From contig NC_069006.1 in assembly GCF_001194135.2 (NCBI RefSeq), positions 23,958,609 to 23,998,021 of the forward strand: 39,413 bases of DNA. The letters are read 5' to 3'. Below, in pieces: positions 33,931-39,413 of this stretch (position 1 is its first letter; each line of letters begins with the position of its first letter). Position numbers and translations under genes: made by a program. The notes beneath the pieces are model-generated. The model was not told the DNA's origin and did no database searches. It worked only from the letters and a program-made list of their open reading frames with translations. The stretch is from Octopus bimaculoides. Its lineage: Eukaryota.

Positions 33931-34559
33931 CATACAAAGACATACATGTGCACAAACATACACACACACACAAAATCTTATCAACACAATCTCAGGCTCA
34001 CACACATACACACATAATCCCAGAGTCTTACCCCCACAATCTCAGGCTCACACACATACACATAGTCAAATGATCACACGATGACACATAAAACTCAGCC
34101 ACACACACACATCCACATAAACATGCAACACATACCTACGCAATGACACACATCACTGCACAAACTCACACCATACTGCACACACACACATTCGGTGATA
34201 CAAAAGAGGCAGTGGGTGGGGATGCAGAGATTCCACGCATTGCGTTCATTCTTTCGTTCATTCATTCCGTCACTCATTCATCACTGCCTTTCTTTGTTCT
34301 GTTCTGGGGACAAGAATGGTTAGAAGACCCAGGATGATAGAGTACTGCTGAGAAAGGCCATGCACACATCATACCTCATCCCACCTCCACCGACACACAC
34401 ATCCACATACCAACAAGGTGAGAGATTATTGTAGTCTCCTGCTTAAAATATTATCAGCAGCAGTGGAACCAGCAGCAGCACAATAGAAACTATAAAAGCA
34501 ACAGCTTCAGCACCACCAGCAGCGGCAGCAGTAACATTGACTATAAGACAATGAAAGAA

Positions 34560-35210
34560 ACGTCTTTGTGTTCTGTCTTTTGCTTGTTTCAGTCATTAGA
34601 CTGCGACCAGGCTGGAGCACAACCTTGAAAAAACTTTTAGTCAAATGATTCAGTTCCAGTGCTTATTTTTTTTGTTTTAAAAGCCTGGTATTTATTCTGT
34701 CAGTATCTTTTGCCAGACTGCTAAGTTCTGAGGATGTAACCACAATAATACCAGATGCCAGGTGGTGGTGGGGGACAAACAGACAGACAGGCACACAATG
34801 GGCTTATTCCAGTATTCCACAGATGTGTATTCTTAATGTAATTCTCAGGTAGAATCAATATGACACAGTGTGTGTGTGTGTGTGTATGTTTGTCCCCCCC
34901 ACCCCCACCCATCACTNNNNNNNNNNNNNNNNNNNNNNNNNNNNNNNCGGCAGCAGTAACATTGACTATAAGACAATGAAAGAAACGTCTTTGTGTTCTG
35001 TCTTTTGCTTGTTTCAGTCATTAGACTGCGACCAGGCTGGAGCACAACCTTGAAAAAACTTTTAGTCAAATGATTCAGTTCCAGTGCTTATTTTTTTTGT
35101 TTTAAAAGCCTGGTATTTATTCTGTCAGTATCTTTTGCCAGACTGCTAAGTTCTGAGGATGTAACCACAATAATACCAGATGCCAGGTGGTGGTGGGGGA
35201 CAAACAGACA
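34560..35210 (-). mobile_element. SINE family B 3' domain, present twice (34560-34785 and 34985-35210) because of an exact duplication
   Basis: Reverse complement of the 3' domain of 8341-8745. Confidence 0.8.
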
Positions 35211-35309
35211 GACAGGCACACAATGGGCTTATTCCAGTATTCCACAGATGTGTATTCTTAATGTAATTCTCAGGTAGAATCAATATGACACAGTGTGTGT
35301 GTGTGTGTG

Positions 35310-35520
35310 TATGTTTGTCCCCCCCACCCCCACCCATCACTTGACAACTGATGTTGGTGTGTTTACATCCCTGTAATGTAGCAGTTCGGCAAAAAGAGAC
35401 CGATAGAATAAGTACTAGGCTTTGAAAGAATAAGCCCTGGGGTCGATTCGTTCGACTAAAAAGGCAGTGCTCCAGCATGGCCGCAGTCAAACGACTGAAA
35501 ACAAGTAAAAGAACAAAAGA
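35310..35520 (+). mobile_element. SINE family B 3' domain
   Basis: CATCACTTGACAACTGATGTTGGTGTGTTTACATCCC...GACCGATAGAATAAGTACTAGGC...CAGTCAAACGACTGAAAACAAGTAAAAG. Confidence 0.9.
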
Positions 35521-35619
35521 ATCTTAGCCACTAAGGCACAGACCTTCACCCAGCCTGGATGACTGGAACGTCTGTGACGGTTGGTTTGGTCAATCAGTGC
35601 AGGTTACAAGCTAGGCAGC

Positions 35620-36030
35620 AGCAGTGAATGCAACAATGACGGCTGCACCAGTAGCAGCAGTAGTAGAGGCAAAAAGCATTGTCAGCAGTAATAGATATTA
35701 ACAGCAGCAGCAGTAGCGGCAGTAGCGGCAACAGCAGCACTAGTTGAAGTTCCACAGACACAACAGAGGCTACAACAGCAGCAGCAGCAGCAAGAGTGAT
35801 AACAACAGCTGCAGTGTGAAGACATACAAGTGTAAATGCAGTTTGGAATGTCATTATTGATGGTGGTGGTGGTGGTGGTGATGGTGGTTCTGGAGGTGGT
35901 AGTGTTGGTGGTGATGGTGTTGGTGGTTCTGGTAGTGTTGGTGGTGGTGGTGATGGTATTGGTGGTAGTGTTGGTGGTGGTGGTGGTGGTGGTGTTGGTG
36001 ATGGTAGTGTTGTTGTTGGTGGTGGTGAGC
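35620..36030. repeat. (CAG/TAG)n then (GGT)n degenerate arrays
   Basis: Directly visible. Confidence 0.92.
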
Positions 36031-36174
36031 GATGTTTCATGTCGACAAAAACATGACACCAGACTGGAATGTCTGAAGAATTATCCGATTGATAATAAAT
36101 TGTCAACTTCACAGATTCTTTATTTCTCTCTTGTATTGATTACGTCAGCATTAGACACGTTGCTTACGTACAGT

Positions 36175-36382
36175 CTTTTACTGGTTTCAATCATCAGACT
36201 ACTGTGGCCATGATGGAGCAACGCTGTAGCACCACCTTTTAGTCGAGCAAATTGACCCCAGGACTTATTCTTTGGAAGCCTGGTACTTATTCTATTGGTC
36301 TCTTTTGCCGAACCGCTAAGTTACAGGGACATAAACATGTCACCATCGGTTGTCAAGCGATTTTGGAGGGGACAAACACAGG
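36175..36382 (-). mobile_element. SINE family B 3' domain (head probably in the adjacent gap)
   Basis: Reverse complement of 35310-35520. Confidence 0.88.
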
Positions 36383-37149
36383 CACACAAACATATACACA
36401 CACGCAACTACATACATACATACATACATATACATACATACATATAAACATATACACATATACACATATAGATATACATATATNNNNNNNNNNNNNNNNN
36501 NNNNNNNNNNNNNNNNNNNNNNNNNNNNNNNNNNNNNNNNNNNNNNNNNNNNNNNNNNNNNNNNNNNNNNNNNNNNNNNNNNNNNNNNNNNNNNNNNNNN
36601 NNNNNNNNNNNNNNNNNNNNNNNNNNNNNNNNNNNNNNNNNNNNNNNNNNNNNNNNNNNNNNNNNNNNNNNNNNNNNNNNNNNNNNNNNNNNNNNNNNNN
36701 NNNNNNNNNNNNNNNNNNNNNNNNNNNNNNNNNNNNNNNNNNNNNNNNNNNNNNNNNNNNNNNNNNNNNNNNNNNNNNNNNNNNNNNNNNNNNNNNNNNN
36801 NNNNNNNNNNNNNNNNNNNNNNNNNNNNNNNNNNNNNNNNNNNNNNNNNNNNNNNNNNNNNNNNNNNNNNNNNNNNNNNNNNNNNNNNNNNNNNNNNNNN
36901 NNNNNNNNNNNNNNNNNNNNNNNNNNNNNNNNNNNNNNNNNNNNNNNNNNNNNNNNNNNNNNNNNNNNNNNNNNNNNNNNNNNNNNNNNNNNNNNNNNNN
37001 NNNNNNNNNNNNNNNNNNNNNNNNNNNNNNNNNNNNNNNNNNNTTTAATTAATCTCTGCCATTTCATTAGCGCCACATCACATTCTTGTTGACAAACCAT
37101 TTTTTTTTTATTACCAATATAAACTTTTATTTTCTGTTCTTTGTGTTTG

Positions 37150-37169
37150 TGTGGGGTATTTGTGCATGT

Positions 37170-37209
<40 letters not shown>

Positions 37210-37570
37210 ATGAGTGAATTGTGGGTAATTGTATGTGTGTCTAAGTGGGTTGCAGGGTGGTAATTGTACACTGTGCATGTGTGTGTGTGTGTGTATGAGT
37301 GAATTGTGAGAAGTTGTACATGTAAATGTGTATGCGTGCATGTGTGTTTTGAGTGTGTTGTAGGAGGTGGGTAACTGTAGATGTGTGTATGAGTGAATTG
37401 TGGATAATTGTATGTGAGTGTGTTGCATGTGTGTGTGTGTGTGTGTGTGTCTGAATGTGTGTGTACCTGAGTGTGTGCGTGTGTGTGCATGTCTGTGTTT
37501 GTGTGTGTGCCTGAGTGTGTGTGTGTGCATATGTCTGTGTTTGTGTATGTGTGTGTGTGTGTGCACATGC
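37150..37570. repeat. (TG)n-embedded degenerate minisatellite (ATGAGTGAATTGTGGGTAATTGTA unit)
   Basis: The unit recurs at about 37210, 37295 and 37390, with partial copies between. Confidence 0.8.
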
Positions 37571-38739
37571 ATATGTCTTCTTTGGTATGGTTTATACAGC
37601 TGGATGCTCTTTCTAATGTCAAGCACTTAACAGTGTGCTATGTGCTTTCTTTTTGTGTTACCAGCACTAGTGAGGTCACCTTGTGAGTTGCAAGGCTAAG
37701 GCCCTAAATAAGAATTTAATCAAAATCTTGCATAGATGTAAATACTCAGATATTTTGCCTTTCTAAAGACGAAATTATAAGTTAAACAAAAGTCATATAA
37801 TTGTAGCACAACACAGATCGGATACTTTGAGAAAAAAAAAAATAAATAAAAAGCCAAACAAATAAGAAAGGTTCTTTCAAATCCTGATTTTGTGAGGCAA
37901 ATCCTATTCGTGGGTCCCCTGTCTAGGGTTTAATTATTTGGTCCTCAATCAGAACTGTTTGCTCAGCTACAATGAATTGGTATAAAATTGAGAATGCTGA
38001 CCTTAAACATGTAAATCGTGCACGAGAGCATATGTGAATGTATGTATAAGCATGTATAAGTGTGTGTGTATATGGCAGGTTATAACAGAGTTTTTTTTTG
38101 TTTTTTTTTGCTAGTAAAAAGTCAGACAAACAAAAGTGAATCTGTTAGGAAAGCAATTATGAAACTACTTGTGATCCTCACTGCTGTTAGAATAAATAAT
38201 TGCATAGACACAAAGAACTTGTGAGATTGGGAATTGTGATGGNNNNNNNNNNNNNNNNNNNNNNNNNNNNNNNNNNNNNNNNNNNNNNNNNNNNNNNNNN
38301 NNNNNNNNNNNNNNNNNNNNNNNNNNNNNNNNNNNNNNNNNNNNNNNNNNNNNNNNNNNNNNNNNNNNNNNNNNNNNNNNNNNNNNNNNNNNNNNNNNNN
38401 NNNNNNNNNNNNNNNNNNNNNNNNNNNNNNNNNNNNNNNNNNNNNNNNNNNNNNNNNNNNNNNNNNNNNNNNNNNNNNNNNNNNNNNNNNNNNNNNNNNN
38501 NNNNNNNNNNNNNNNNNNNNNNNNNNNNNNNNNNNNNNNNNNNNNNNNNNNNNNNNNNNNNNNNNNNNNNNNNNNNGTATTTGACTTCCAGAAGATAAAA
38601 GTCAAACATAGATGCATATGTAAATGAATCAATGATTCTTTATTATTATTATTATTATTATTTTTTTTTTTTCATGATTTAACTTCTAAAAAACTCGAAC
38701 CATGTCAAATGTGGGTGACGAAGACAAATGAACATCACC

Positions 38740-38923
38740 ATTATCATCATTTTAATGCTTGCTTTTCCATGCTTACATGGGTCAAATGGAACTTATCAAG
38801 ACAGATTTTCTATGGTCAACTCGAAGCTGTAGTAGAAGGCATTTGTCCAAGGTGCCATGAAGTGGGACTGAACCTGAAACCATGCAGTTATGTAGCAAAC
38901 TTCTTAACCAGACAGCCATGTCT
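38740..38923 (-). mobile_element. SINE family D, old internally deleted copy (head + tail tip)
   Basis: Head ACATGGCTGTCTGGTTAAGAAGTTTGC...GGTTCAGTCCCACTTCATGGCACCTTGGACAAATG joined to CCCATGTAAGCATGGAAAAGCAAGCATTAAAATGATG. Confidence 0.75.
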
Positions 38924-39079
38924 GTATCCTTGAACTTTTTTTATTATATCTCTGCATAAGATTTATATATATTATAATTAGATTGGTACCCATTGATGGT
39001 ACCCTGAATAGAATTGAATGGGTAATGAAGGACAAGTTACAGAGCAACTGAGAAACAATATGGTTCACCTCCATTATAT

Positions 39080-39113
39080 TAGCAACAACAACAGTGTCAA
39101 CAACACTGACAAT

Positions 39114-39144
<31 letters not shown>

Positions 39145-39325
39145 GCAACAACAACAGTAACAACGACAGCAACAAACCATCACTACTGACAACAAAACGT
39201 TACCATCATCATCCTCCTCAACAACAACAGCAACAACAAAACATCACCACCACCTCCAACGACGACAACAACAACAACAACAGCAACAACAAAACACCAT
39301 GACCAACAACAACAACAACAACCAC
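39080..39325. repeat. (CAA)n degenerate trinucleotide array
   Basis: Directly visible; gives the poly-Asn/Gln ORF. Confidence 0.95.
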
Positions 39326-39413
39326 TTTGATGTCATTGTAAAATAAATTCCCCTCATATATTTACCCCAGCAAGAAAGAAAACAAAAAAAATAAAACAGG
39401 CACAAATAGTTTG

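Noticed and set aside
33975-34060. Direct repeat CACAATCTCAGGCTCACACACATACACA (~52-bp period, 2 copies)
   Set aside because: Slippage duplication within a (CA)n field; not a CRISPR-like or functional array.
967-38632. Long ORFs in the supplied track (e.g. 28894-29916, 36408-37622, 18019-18759, 2752-3456)
   Set aside because: They consist of N-gaps and/or microsatellite translations (HT, CV, IY, SIYL, poly-P/T/V); no real coding signal.

Overview
Eukaryotic, AT-rich, repeat-saturated, apparently non-coding DNA (intron or intergenic) from a draft assembly with 11 N-gaps (~3.1 kb in total). The tRNA-headed SINE families and the dense (CA)n/(TA)n/(TAGA)n/(GGT)n/(GAT)n arrays look like an Octopus (coleoid cephalopod) genome; this is inferred from remembered repeat sequences, not from a search. 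No protein-coding gene can be called with confidence: the supplied ORFs are microsatellite translations, N-runs or antisense SINE read-through. The only recognisable protein homology is in dead DNA transposons: a mariner 5' relic (247-850), a mariner 3' relic (22320-22497) and a Tigger/pogo C-terminal relic (14370-14625). Also present are about six SINE or SINE-like families (labelled A-F here), a 155-bp hAT MITE with an 8-bp TSD nested in a SINE, a piggyBac-like MITE end and a Penelope-like fragment. Most interesting signals: (1) a minus-strand TACTAAC + long pyrimidine tract + CAG|GTAAGT junction at 15895/15894, the signature of a recursive-splicing ratchet point, with a weaker second candidate 12.5 kb upstream; (2) a minimal dimer-type hammerhead-like motif with a core variant at 22076-22112; (3) a ~375-bp fold-back palindrome and several close inverted SINE pairs, which are candidate ADAR substrates; (4) a nested template-switch inversion at 12458-12516.
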